This document shows positions 9,537 to 18,166 of a stretch of 64,000 bases of DNA, in pieces. Numbering within the stretch: position 1 is the stretch's first letter; every line of letters starts with the position of its first letter. Position numbers and translations under genes: made by a program. The DNA lies in IMG/VR virus record IMGVR_UViG_3300031413_000603, positions 12,150 to 76,149 of that record; one strand, written 5' to 3'. This DNA is from a virus. Taxonomy: Duplodnaviria; Caudoviricetes. Under the pieces are notes generated by a model. The model saw only the letters and a list, made by a program, of their open reading frames with translations, searched no databases and was not told the DNA's origin.

Positions 9537-11207
9537 TCATCCTCGGCGATACATGCGCGCCGACTGGCGTGCATAGCGCTCGCGGGCGCTTTGGTGTTGG
9601 TGGTTGGTGTTCCCGCCCTGGGCTGCAGCGGCAATGCCGCCCGTGACGGCCAGCATGTAAAGCATCTGCACCATGTCGGGACCGTCATCGTGGTCGGCCT
9701 TGGGAAAGTGGCGGAACTGGTCGATCAGAGTGGTCTGGCTGGAATGCAGACGGATCAGGCCGTTATGCATATGGGGCTGCAGGCTCTCGATTCGCAGCAC
9801 CTTGTCGCTGATGGGGGTCAGGGCGCGCGCTGGCACAGGAATGCCAGCCTGGGCGCTGCGCTTGACCAGCTCGGTGCGCAGGAATTCCTGAAACTGCACC
9901 GACTCGATGCCCCAAACAATGCAGCAGTACTCGGCCTGCATCTCGATCACATCGCTGATGATGCGGTCGGGCACGCGCTTTTTGATGACAGCTTCGACCA
10001 CGTCCAGGATGCCGGTTTCGCGGTTGTAGCCGCCTACGCCAATGGCGCTGGGGTCGCGGCTGTTCCCAGCCTTGCCGAGCGACGGATCGCAGGCGCCATA
10101 GAAAATCCAGTCCGTCAGGCGATTGACCCAGAACCGGATGGAATTGGCAAACGGGGCATCGTCGCCCGCCGTAGGGTCGTTCTGCTGCTCGCTGTCAAAG
10201 GCTGCGTGACCTTCACGGGCGCGGCGAATCATGAGCTTGACCAGGGGCCGCAGCGCAGGCCAGGACACCTGGGCGCCCTTGTCCATTTCTGCCTGGTTCT
10301 CCTGGTAGAGCCGCATGGCAGCGGCCTCGCCCAACTGCGGCGTTTCGCCGGCGATCAAGAGGCCTTCAAACTGCTCCCACAGGTCCATGCGGTCGGGCCA
10401 CCGAATGACGGCTCTGAAAACCTTGTGATTCCAGAGCGGGTTCTTGAGGAAGCGGGCGAGCACGCTGTCATAGTGCAAGACAGTGCCAACCAGGATGGCA
10501 TCCATGGAGTCGTCTGGTGGTCCGAGCGACAACACGCTCTTGGTGACAAAGGCCTGCAGCTTGTCGCGCTGGGCCGGCGTGTTGACGTTCTCGTCGTTCT
10601 CGATGTCATCACAGATGGCCAGATCTGGTCGGTGAGCACCATGTCGTCGACCCCGGATTTTCTTGGACGAGCCAAAGGCCTCGACCTTACGGCCGTTGGC
10701 AGTGACGATCACGCCGGCACGCCACACGCGGCCCTGGCCACAGGCTTCGGGGAAGTCGCTAGCAATGCGCGGGTTGGCTTCGAGCTCGGCCTTGATGGCT
10801 TCGAGCATCTCGGCGGCCTGCTCGAATGCATCCATCACGATGATGACGTACCACTTGGCACCTGTTATCAGGCACCAAGTGGCAAAGCTCATGCTGATCT
10901 TTGTGGACTTGGCCTCACCTCGAGGCGCTGCAATGGCGTCGCGCTGGCCCGTGGATGCATTGACGATCTCGGGCAGGCGTTTGTAGAGGTATTTGTGCAG
11001 CTCGCTGGGCTCGGCCTTGCCATAGTGCGGGAAGTAGTGCCGATCCCAGTACTCAAATCCGTTTACCGGGTCACAGACCAGGCGGCGACGCTCTGCAATG
11101 GCTGCTGGGCTGTTGTCCCAGCCATCCATGTTGGCATCGACCTGCTTACGCAGATCGTCGGCCAGCGCTGCCAGGCCTGCCAAAAAGTCTTTACTGCTCT
11201 TGGCCAT
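9537..11207 (-). CDS. Terminase large subunit (Mu gp28-like)
   Basis: Walker A-like APRGEAKST, DDIEND, RNase H nuclease motifs CDPSLG and DHDDGPD. Confidence 0.95.
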   Translation of the reverse strand: MAKSSKDFLAGLAALADDLRKQVDANMDGWDNSPAAIAERRRLVCDPVNGFEYWDRHYFPHYGKAEPSELHKYLYKRLPEIVNASTGQRDAIAAPRGEAKSTKISMSFATWCLITGAKWYVIIVMDAFEQAAEMLEAIKAELEANPRIASDFPEACGQGRVWRAGVIVTANGRKVEAFGSSKKIRGRRHGAHRPDLAICDDIENDENVNTPAQRDKLQAFVTKSVLSLGPPDDSMDAILVGTVLHYDSVLARFLKNPLWNHKVFRAVIRWPDRMDLWEQFEGLLIAGETPQLGEAAAMRLYQENQAEMDKGAQVSWPALRPLVKLMIRRAREGHAAFDSEQQNDPTAGDDAPFANSIRFWVNRLTDWIFYGACDPSLGKAGNSRDPSAIGVGGYNRETGILDVVEAVIKKRVPDRIISDVIEMQAEYCCIVWGIESVQFQEFLRTELVKRSAQAGIPVPARALTPISDKVLRIESLQPHMHNGLIRLHSSQTTLIDQFRHFPKADHDDGPDMVQMLYMLAVTGGIAAAAQGGNTNHQHQSARERYARQSARMYRRG

Positions 11208-11344
11208 TACCGCTGCTCCAAAGAGTGCAGGTAGACAAACAGCCACTTAAACTGCCACTGCTTGTTGCCGTAGCATTTAAAGCGAGGCAGCAAACACCAG
11301 TCACGTGGGTCCATCAAAATGAGTACGAGATCACGTTGCGACAC
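11207..11344 (-). CDS. 45-aa micro-ORF (MSQRDLVLILMDPRDWCLLPRFKCYGNKQWQFKWLFVYLHSLEQR)
   Basis: Translated by hand; GGAGG RBS, GTG start, TAATG overlap with terminase start. Confidence 0.6.
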   Translation of the reverse strand: MSQRDLVLILMDPRDWCLLPRFKCYGNKQWQFKWLFVYLHSLEQR

Positions 11345-11432
11345 GGCAACCTCCACCAGCAAGCAGTAGTAGCAATGCCTTGCCCCAATGGCCTTCTACC
11401 AAAAGCCAGACAAACAAGATGGCGCTTAGCAT
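11331..11432 (-). CDS. 33-aa hydrophobic micro-ORF (MLSAILFVWLLVEGHWGKALLLLLAGGGCRVAT)
   Basis: Translated by hand; ATG 2 bp after the DUF1804 stop; hydrophobic. Confidence 0.5.
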   Translation of the reverse strand: MLSAILFVWLLVEGHWGKALLLLLAGGGCRVAT

Positions 11433-11434
11433 CG

Positions 11435-11932
11435 CTATCGCACCTTCGCAAGCTCTGCGCCAAATGGCTCCAACATCTCGACCAGCGCCGAGAGGTGCTG
11501 CGGGAACTGTTGCTGCGCAAATGAGGCAAAGCGCTGCAGGACGTCGAGCTGCACCGCCTGGCGGTCAAGCTCGGGATTGAGGCGCTTAAAAGCAGCCATC
11601 GTCTTGTTGAAACTGTCGCTCATGCTGGCGAGCGTTTCAGCACGGGCCATGGCGGACATGTCCTTGGCATCGCGCAGCAGATCCATGGTGGCCTGGTGCT
11701 GTACCAGGTAGTCCTCGAGCAGCTTGGTCGAGAGGGCTTTAAAGTTGTCATCCCCCAAGGCCACGGCTGCTCGGCCCGTATCCCAATCGTCGCCTTGGGC
11801 AGCGGCTTCCTGCTTCCAGCGATTGGCCGTGCCGCGTGGTACACCGAGCTTTTTGCAGGCAGCATCCATCGGCAAGCGCTGAAACACATACAGGCCGCGC
11901 AACTGGGTGCGTTTTTCCTTGCCGTGTGCCAT
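11435..11932 (-). CDS. DUF1804 / Mu gp27-like small terminase
   Basis: MAHGKEKRTQLRGLYVF...WKQEA..QGDDWD..RAA signature. Confidence 0.9.
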   Translation of the reverse strand: MAHGKEKRTQLRGLYVFQRLPMDAACKKLGVPRGTANRWKQEAAAQGDDWDTGRAAVALGDDNFKALSTKLLEDYLVQHQATMDLLRDAKDMSAMARAETLASMSDSFNKTMAAFKRLNPELDRQAVQLDVLQRFASFAQQQFPQHLSALVEMLEPFGAELAKVR

Positions 11933-12228
11933 CAGTTGCCCAGCCCGCCGCCGCCACGTATGAACTGACGAATGCCTTCGACCACTAAGGCAGTGCCAAC
12001 AGCGACCGCACCACCCGAGACTGCACCAGCCACGGCGGCTTTCTTCTCGACCTCGCGCAGACGCTCATCCAGGCCTTCGTAGTGCTCCTCCATGCGCGAT
12101 TCCATCCGGTCCATCCGGCGGTTTTGCAAGTCCTGGCCTTCCTTGATGGACTGCACCAAGCCATGGATTTGACCAAGGATGAAATCCTGGTTGCTGCTCT
12201 TTGGGGTGTTGTTATCCGATTGGTTCAT
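11932..12228 (-). CDS. Mu gp26-like membrane protein
   Basis: Coiled coil plus C-terminal TM (AAVAGAVSGGAVAVG); conserved position before DUF1804. Confidence 0.7.
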   Translation of the reverse strand: MNQSDNNTPKSSNQDFILGQIHGLVQSIKEGQDLQNRRMDRMESRMEEHYEGLDERLREVEKKAAVAGAVSGGAVAVGTALVVEGIRQFIRGGGGLGN

Positions 12229-12779
12229 GGCTGAGAGTTGGTCTTTGTGCCGGTCTGGTTGAACAATTGGGCGCGGCACGATGCGTAGGCCGCATTGATG
12301 GTTTCTGCCTCGGCAATTACTGCTCCAAGGCGCTCCGAATTTCCCTGTGGAAGTAGCCCGTAGGTTTGGGTTGGGTCTGCTGCACCAGAGTTGATGGCGG
12401 GGGCAGGTTGACCCTCGGAGCTTCCACCACCTGACCCACAGGCTGGGGTGGTGGTGACGATGCGCACCCGAACAGGCCGGCGCTTGAGCTCATCACCAAG
12501 GCGAGCAATTTCCAGTTTTGTGGATTCATCGGTTTTCTCCTGCTGCTGGCGGTTGCGATTCAAAGCAGCCTGTGCGGTATCGCGCTCAGTGGTGAGCCGG
12601 TCCAGCGTCTTTTGCGCATTGCGGTTTTGCTCTCGCACATCAGCCTGCAGGCTCTGCAGGTCTTTGGTCGCGATGGTCGCTTTGGATCGGTAGTGGTCAG
12701 TGCTCCAGGAGAGCAGCAGCACCAGCGCAGAGGCTGCGAGCAGGAGCCATCGCGTAATGGGACCAAGGATTGGGTTCAT
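12225..12779 (-). CDS. Rz-like i-spanin
   Basis: N-terminal TM and coiled coil, follows endolysin. Confidence 0.8.
   Translation of the reverse strand: MNPILGPITRWLLLAASALVLLLSWSTDHYRSKATIATKDLQSLQADVREQNRNAQKTLDRLTTERDTAQAALNRNRQQQEKTDESTKLEIARLGDELKRRPVRVRIVTTTPACGSGGGSSEGQPAPAINSGAADPTQTYGLLPQGNSERLGAVIAEAETINAAYASCRAQLFNQTGTKTNSQP
12317..12529 (-). CDS. Rz1-like o-spanin lipoprotein embedded in Rz
   Basis: Lipobox LFGC, Pro-rich mature part, alternate frame inside Rz. Confidence 0.8.
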   Translation of the reverse strand: MNPQNWKLLALVMSSSAGLFGCASSPPPQPVGQVVEAPRVNLPPPSTLVQQTQPKPTGYFHREIRSALEQ

Positions 12780-13414
12780 GGCTGCGCCTTCCAGGTGCTG
12801 GTGGCAAAGTCATAGTTGGCACGTAGCAAAGCAACGCCCTTCAAGCAGCTGCTGCGCTCTTTGAGACGCCGGTTGTAGAGCCCCTGCACATAGCGGTATT
12901 CCCATGCGCCATCGGCCGTGCGCTTTCCCGTCTTGGTATAGCTCCACGCTGGCGTGCCGTCAGGACCATGCGCCAAGGCATCGCAAGCTGCCTCGTATTG
13001 CTTGGTATTGAGCAAGCCCATGGCCCTGCTTGCGCAGGTCGAGGGCTCACCAAAGTTGTGCCCGTGGGAGGAGAAGGCGTCCAGAATGGGCTGCGAGACC
13101 GGCACCCTGATGCAGTTCAGCACCTTTGCCTGGCCGCGACCTGCGACCTGGCTGCCTACTGACCAGCATTGCTGATCGGACCAGTAGTCGCCCAGCACGA
13201 CAGGGACAGGACTGACGGCCTTGGTGAGTCCTACGCAGGCGGTGGGAATGCCGCCTGCTACGTTGTCTGCATAGACGATGTTTTTAAAGCGAGGCGTGCC
13301 ATCGGGCTTCGGCGGTCCATCTTCGTAGTTGGACAGATATGCGACATAGCCGGCACCGCCCAGCACAAGCGGGATGCCGAAGCGGATAACAGTTTGGCCG
13401 AGTGATTGAGACAT
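12776..13414 (-). CDS. Endolysin (GH24 lysozyme, SAR-type N-terminus)
   Basis: Weakly hydrophobic Gly-rich N-terminal helix, then E...VYAD..GGIPTAC.G catalytic region and GLYNRR motif. Confidence 0.85.
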   Translation of the reverse strand: MSQSLGQTVIRFGIPLVLGGAGYVAYLSNYEDGPPKPDGTPRFKNIVYADNVAGGIPTACVGLTKAVSPVPVVLGDYWSDQQCWSVGSQVAGRGQAKVLNCIRVPVSQPILDAFSSHGHNFGEPSTCASRAMGLLNTKQYEAACDALAHGPDGTPAWSYTKTGKRTADGAWEYRYVQGLYNRRLKERSSCLKGVALLRANYDFATSTWKAQP

Positions 13415-13437
13415 GCCTCGACTGTCGTTGCGCCGAG

Positions 13438-13467
13438 GCAAATAAATAAGGCCAGCATATGCTGGCC
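13438..13467 (-). promoter_or_regulatory. Late promoter element 3 (lysis operon, analogous to Mu Plys)
   Basis: GCAAATAAATAA plus GGCCAGCA-TA-TGCTGGCC (13450-13467). Confidence 0.75.
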
Positions 13468-13527
13468 CTAAGAAGGACGATGCCCTTTTTTAGGATACAT
13501 GGGCTATCGCAAAGATGCAATGCGTGG

Positions 13528-13974
13528 TCATCGCTGATTCTGAATTGATGTTACGACTCCATTATTGGTGTAAATGTAGACGTCGCTATCGCGGTAGACG
13601 AACTGCTTAAAAATGCCAGTTGCATTACGTGTGACATTCACCTTGCTTGCGGGAGAAACAACACCAAATCTTGAGCACTGCAGAAACCTATCTTCAGTCC
13701 ATCCTATTTCAGGGTAGCTGGGCAGATCATCCATTCCGCAAGTCTTTGCAGCATCACGGATTCTCTTGTCTAGGATGACACCGTAATTGTCTAGGGAGTT
13801 GGCTGATTTGGTGTTTCGGATGGTCACCTCTTGGCCTTTGTCCGATGCCGTGCAGGGCTGCTCCTGGTAGCTGACTTTGCCCGAAGCGTCAGTGCATTTG
13901 TTGATCGCCCATGTGGAAGGGCAATAGGCAGACCCCACGATAAGTGAGGCAGCTGCAATAAATCGAATAGTCAT
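13528..13974 (-). CDS. Secreted DUF4124-like protein
   Basis: Signal peptide then INKCTDASGKVSYQEQPC; 12 bp downstream of the repressor. Confidence 0.75.
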   Translation of the reverse strand: MTIRFIAAASLIVGSAYCPSTWAINKCTDASGKVSYQEQPCTASDKGQEVTIRNTKSANSLDNYGVILDKRIRDAAKTCGMDDLPSYPEIGWTEDRFLQCSRFGVVSPASKVNVTRNATGIFKQFVYRDSDVYIYTNNGVVTSIQNQR

Positions 13975-13985
13975 GAGTACCTCAT

Positions 13986-14684
13986 TCAATCAAAAGTAAT
14001 ACCACCCCAGCGCACACGGCCAAGTATTTCGAAGTCTCGACCTTCTTCGGTCACATCGATCTCGAACGATGCAAAGTCGGAGTTTGCGCTGCTGACATGG
14101 AACATCTTGTTTGGGAAACGTTGAATCATTTTTATAAGTAGAGCCCCATCGATTCTTATTCCATGAATGCCTTCCGCACGCACATCAGTCGCCCTTCGGT
14201 CAAGCATGACCGTGTCCTTGGACTTCAAGTAGGGCTGCATGGATTTGCCCTCAACGGAAACTAGGCTCAGGTCGTTGTGATGGATATCCAGTTCTTGGCG
14301 AATGTATTTGACATCAAAAGGGCGCATCGCAATGACACTCTCAACGTCAGCAAAGAGACCATTGCCCGCTGATAGAGCGACATCGAAGTGCGGCACAAAG
14401 ACGTAGTCGCCTTGCTCGATAGCTTTCGTATCGATTGGGACCTGAAGTGTCCTCATCTGGCCTGTGAGTAGCCATTCAGGTGTGCATTTGCCAATCTCTG
14501 CCATGCGCAAAAGTGTGAAGGCATCTGGAACGGTCAAGCCACGCTCGAACTTGCCAATGGTGTTGACGTGTAAGTCAAGTTGTCTGGCGAATTCATCACG
14601 CGAAATGCCGCTCCTGCACTCACGGATGCGGTCGCCCAAAGACGCCGCATATGCGTCACGAATTTCTGTGCTGTTTTCCGTCAT
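13986..14684 (-). CDS. Phage repressor, XRE HTH plus S24 autopeptidase
   Basis: HTH; ALSAG cleavage site; GKSMQP catalytic Ser; LLIKM catalytic Lys. Confidence 0.92.
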   Translation of the reverse strand: MTENSTEIRDAYAASLGDRIRECRSGISRDEFARQLDLHVNTIGKFERGLTVPDAFTLLRMAEIGKCTPEWLLTGQMRTLQVPIDTKAIEQGDYVFVPHFDVALSAGNGLFADVESVIAMRPFDVKYIRQELDIHHNDLSLVSVEGKSMQPYLKSKDTVMLDRRATDVRAEGIHGIRIDGALLIKMIQRFPNKMFHVSSANSDFASFEIDVTEEGRDFEILGRVRWGGITFD

Positions 14685-14686
14685 CT

Positions 14687-14871
14687 ACATATTTTAGTGT
14701 GTCCATGGACACTAAAGCACACCCAAAAATGTAAAAAAGCATTGGGCTATCAACAATTTAGTCATCCATGAGCACTTCAATTGGTGCATCAACACTTAAA
14801 TGAGTGCAAAAATTCCTTGGCTTTGCATTCTTTTGTGTTTATAGTCATGCTCATGGACACACAAAAATGTA
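14687..14871. promoter_or_regulatory. Repressor-ner divergent control region with operators and an IHF site
   Basis: Repeated (G)ACAC..AAAA(T)ATGTA motif at 14687-14703 (reverse), 14718-14733 and 14856-14871; IHF consensus TATCAACAATTTA at 14748-14760. Confidence 0.65.
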
Positions 14872-15158
14872 TGAACCAAACAGATTGGCACCCAGCCGAT
14901 GTGAAGGCTGCACTTGAAAAGAGGGGTGTAAGCCTGCGGAAATTGGCGCATGAGCATGGCTACTCACACTTTCAGCGCGTTTTGTCTACGCATTGGTGGG
15001 CAGCTGAGCAAATAGTGGCTGCGGCGCTAGGCCTACCTGCAGATGAAATCTGGCCATCTCGCTATGCCATGGAGAGAACAAAGGCAAAGGCTCGCACGGT
15101 AAAGATTGCAGTCAGCCGCTCCGGTCGCATTCGCAAGCTCGGAGGGACCAAGGCATGA
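14871..15158 (+). CDS. ner: Ner-like DNA-binding protein
   Basis: DWHPADVKAALEKRGVSLRKLA...IWPSRY signature. Confidence 0.9.
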   Translation: MNQTDWHPADVKAALEKRGVSLRKLAHEHGYSHFQRVLSTHWWAAEQIVAAALGLPADEIWPSRYAMERTKAKARTVKIAVSRSGRIRKLGGTKA

Positions 15159-17374
15159 TCTGGCTTACCGCTCGTGAACTAGCAGGCCTGCCCGGCATGC
15201 CAAGCTCTGAACGTCGCACCCGAGATCGCCTAGATGAAATGGCTGTTGCATCTCGTCAGCGCGAGGGCCGAGGTGGTGGTCTTGTCTATGACTGCTCTGC
15301 GCTTCCAGAAGATACCCGTGCCGCTATCGCGGCTCGCCAGATCACCGCAGCAGCAGCCGTTGCCTTGACTGTGGTCGACACACCTGCAGTGCAGTCCTTC
15401 GCACCTCCTGCAGCGCCTGAGAAACCCGGCACCTTAGTTCCTACTCCTGCGCCAGGAAGCCGCCAACCTAGCCAGGCAGACAAGGACGTTGCCGATGCAC
15501 GTATGCGTCTTGTGACCATGGTGCAAGGCATGGTGACGCTGGGTGGCTTGCGCCGCGCATGCCAGCTGCTGGCAGCCCAGATCATGACTGGTGAAGCTGG
15601 CGGTGAAGTCCAATCGATTGCCCGCCTGGCCAACCAGCGTGCCCGGGGCGACATGGTCAGCGCCCGCACCCTGGAGCGCTGGGTGGGGTTGCAGCGTGCT
15701 GATGGCTGGTGGGGCTTGTTGCCCGCCCAGGTAGAGAACGCCCGCATCCCATACTTTGAGGATGACGTGGCTGCAGTGCTGGGCATGTACCACAGCCGGG
15801 ATTCGCGCTTTCGCAAACTCAGCAATGCCGCCAAGGAAGTGACTCGCAGCATGGAGCGTGACTTTGACTCTTGGCAGAGCCTGTACCACCGCGCCCGCCG
15901 CGCTCTGGACAAGATCGGCCAGTCAGCAGAGGCCAATGTGGCTTTGATCAAAGCTCGCCACACCGGCGCACAACGCGATGCCAAGCTGCCATTTCAGCGC
16001 CGCGACTCCAGCATGCTTGATCCGCTGGACGTATGGGTGATCGACGGCCACACCTTTAAAGCCAAGGTTCGCCATCCTGACCATGGCGCTCCTTTTGCGC
16101 CCGAGCTCACGCTGGTGCTCTCTGCCAGCTGCCGGATGATCATGGGCTGGTCTGTGAACTTGTCCGAGAACGTGATGGCGGTGGGCGATGCTTTGCGCCA
16201 CGCCATCGGGCAGCACGGTGTGCCAGCCATTCTCTACGGTGACAACGGTGCAGGCGAAACCGCCAAGGCTATGGACTGCCCGATTGATGGATTCTGCGCA
16301 CGCCTTGGTATTGAGCACCGCCTGGGCATCCCTGGCAAGCCCCAAGGCCACGGCGTGATCGAGCGCAGCTGGCAGACCCATGCGATCAATGCAGCGCGCA
16401 GGTTCGGTAGCTACCAAGGCAGGGACGTAGACGGTGGAACATTCCGTAAAGTCGCGGCCGAGCTGGCGAAGGAGCAGCGCGCCATCAAGCGTGCATCAGA
16501 GACGGGCGAGGTGATCCAGCTCTCGCCCAAGGCTCCGACCTGGCAGCAGTTCCTGGATGGCATCGAAGTGATGGTGCAGCAGTACAACACTGAGCACCGT
16601 CACCGCAGTTTGCCAAAGCGCGCCGATGGCAAGCGCATGACGCCCGCAGAGGCCTTTGCAGCCAGCTTCAACGCTGAGCTGCAGATCAAGCCATCACAGC
16701 TCGAGCTGCGCATGCTCTTCATGCCCTCGATCATCCGCACTGCCAAGCGTGGCGAAGTGGTGTTCTTCAACCAGCACTACCAGGCGCCAGAGCTGATGCG
16801 CCGCGATATCGATGGCCGCGAGGTCAGCGTGCGCTACGACATCCACGACCCGAATTTTGTGATGGTCTACACCTTGGGCGGTGAGTTTGTGTGCGAGGCC
16901 CGCTGGAATGCCAACCGCAAAGACTTCTTCCCCAAGCCGGTCATCGAGATGGCACGCGAGAAGCGCGTGGGCGCGGCCATCAAGCGCCGCGAGCAGCAGA
17001 TCGATACAGCATTGCGCGAGCTCGGCCCCACTGTCGATACGCGCACCCTCACTGGTTTTTCCCTGCCGGAGCCGCGCAGCCGTTCGGTTGTGCCCACCAC
17101 CTTGGAGATGCAGTTGCCTGCTCTTCACACACTCCCTGTTTCCTCCGAGGCAGCAGCTGAGCAATCAGCTGCAGGCAGGCCTTTCTTTGATACCCCGAGC
17201 GACCGATACGAGTGGCTGATGAACAACCGCGAGCACTGGCAAGCAGATGACCAGGCATGGCTGAGCAACTACGTACAGACCGACAGCTTTGGCGATCTGA
17301 GGGAGTACTACGAAAACAGGGGGATGGGATGGAGCGGCGAGGAAAACGCCGGGGGTTTTAAGAGTGCCCTGTGA
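15155..17374 (+). CDS. Mu-like DDE transposase A
   Basis: N-terminal Mu DNA-binding HTH; WVIDGH, YGDNG and GVIERSW catalytic motifs; Mu-type C-terminus. Confidence 0.97.
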   Translation: MIWLTARELAGLPGMPSSERRTRDRLDEMAVASRQREGRGGGLVYDCSALPEDTRAAIAARQITAAAAVALTVVDTPAVQSFAPPAAPEKPGTLVPTPAPGSRQPSQADKDVADARMRLVTMVQGMVTLGGLRRACQLLAAQIMTGEAGGEVQSIARLANQRARGDMVSARTLERWVGLQRADGWWGLLPAQVENARIPYFEDDVAAVLGMYHSRDSRFRKLSNAAKEVTRSMERDFDSWQSLYHRARRALDKIGQSAEANVALIKARHTGAQRDAKLPFQRRDSSMLDPLDVWVIDGHTFKAKVRHPDHGAPFAPELTLVLSASCRMIMGWSVNLSENVMAVGDALRHAIGQHGVPAILYGDNGAGETAKAMDCPIDGFCARLGIEHRLGIPGKPQGHGVIERSWQTHAINAARRFGSYQGRDVDGGTFRKVAAELAKEQRAIKRASETGEVIQLSPKAPTWQQFLDGIEVMVQQYNTEHRHRSLPKRADGKRMTPAEAFAASFNAELQIKPSQLELRMLFMPSIIRTAKRGEVVFFNQHYQAPELMRRDIDGREVSVRYDIHDPNFVMVYTLGGEFVCEARWNANRKDFFPKPVIEMAREKRVGAAIKRREQQIDTALRELGPTVDTRTLTGFSLPEPRSRSVVPTTLEMQLPALHTLPVSSEAAAEQSAAGRPFFDTPSDRYEWLMNNREHWQADDQAWLSNYVQTDSFGDLREYYENRGMGWSGEENAGGFKSAL

Positions 17375-17434
17375 TGGCGGCAACCACCACAGAGCGTGCC
17401 TGAAGTAACGCGAAACAAGCGAAGGAAATATAAA

Positions 17435-18166
17435 GTGAAAAAAGGATTTGTGCAAACTCAGAATTTCCGCCTCCTCAAGGAAGCAGAAAAAATCGTGGCC
17501 CGTCGTGGGGCACGCGAAGCCGGCCTGGTGTTGATCCAGGGCGTGTATGGCATTGGCAAGTCCGAGCTCACTGAGCGGTGGGCAAGCGAAAGCGGCCATG
17601 TGTTTATCCGCAGCCAAAAGGTCTGGACCAGCAGAGCGCTGCTCGAAGAGGTCGCAACGAAGTTGGGTCTGTCCGTACGCGGAAGTGCCAAGGATGTGCA
17701 AAACCGCATTACCTCGCACCTGGCAGTCAGCATGCAGGCGCTGATCTTCGACGAGGCCGACTACCTGGCGGACATGCGCAACGCTTCGAAGCTGGAAACC
17801 ATCCGTGATATCTCGGACGTGACAGGCACGATGGTGTTCTTGGTGGGAATGGAAAACTTCCCGGCCATTGTTCAGCGATACGACCACATCGCCAGCCGTG
17901 TCGCCCGTATCGTCCAGCTGCATTTGCTCACCCTTGCCGACGTTCAGATGACTTGCAAAGCCAAGTCCGAGGTCGCGCTCACTCCTGCTTTGGTCGAGCA
18001 GATTCACCGGGACAGCAAGGGCCGCATGCGCCACGTGCTCAATGCCATTGCCAACATCGAAGTATGGGCCGAGGCCAACAGCTGGACCGAAGTGGACGTC
18101 GCGCACATCAAAGGCAAGTCCTTGTGCGCAGACTTCACCGGCCATCTCACAAAGCGAGGTGTGTGA
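17435..18166 (+). CDS. MuB-like transposition AAA+ ATPase
   Basis: Walker A GVYGIGKS, Walker B LIFDEAD. Confidence 0.92.
   Translation: MKKGFVQTQNFRLLKEAEKIVARRGAREAGLVLIQGVYGIGKSELTERWASESGHVFIRSQKVWTSRALLEEVATKLGLSVRGSAKDVQNRITSHLAVSMQALIFDEADYLADMRNASKLETIRDISDVTGTMVFLVGMENFPAIVQRYDHIASRVARIVQLHLLTLADVQMTCKAKSEVALTPALVEQIHRDSKGRMRHVLNAIANIEVWAEANSWTEVDVAHIKGKSLCADFTGHLTKRGV

Noticed and set aside
9399-11234. 611-aa plus-strand ORF opposite the terminase, and similar long antisense ORFs (3231-4046, 43691-45163, 46964-47986, 33836-34837, 28520-29398)
   Set aside because: Shadow frames of GC-rich coding genes; they have no motifs or RBS and lie fully antisense to well-supported genes.
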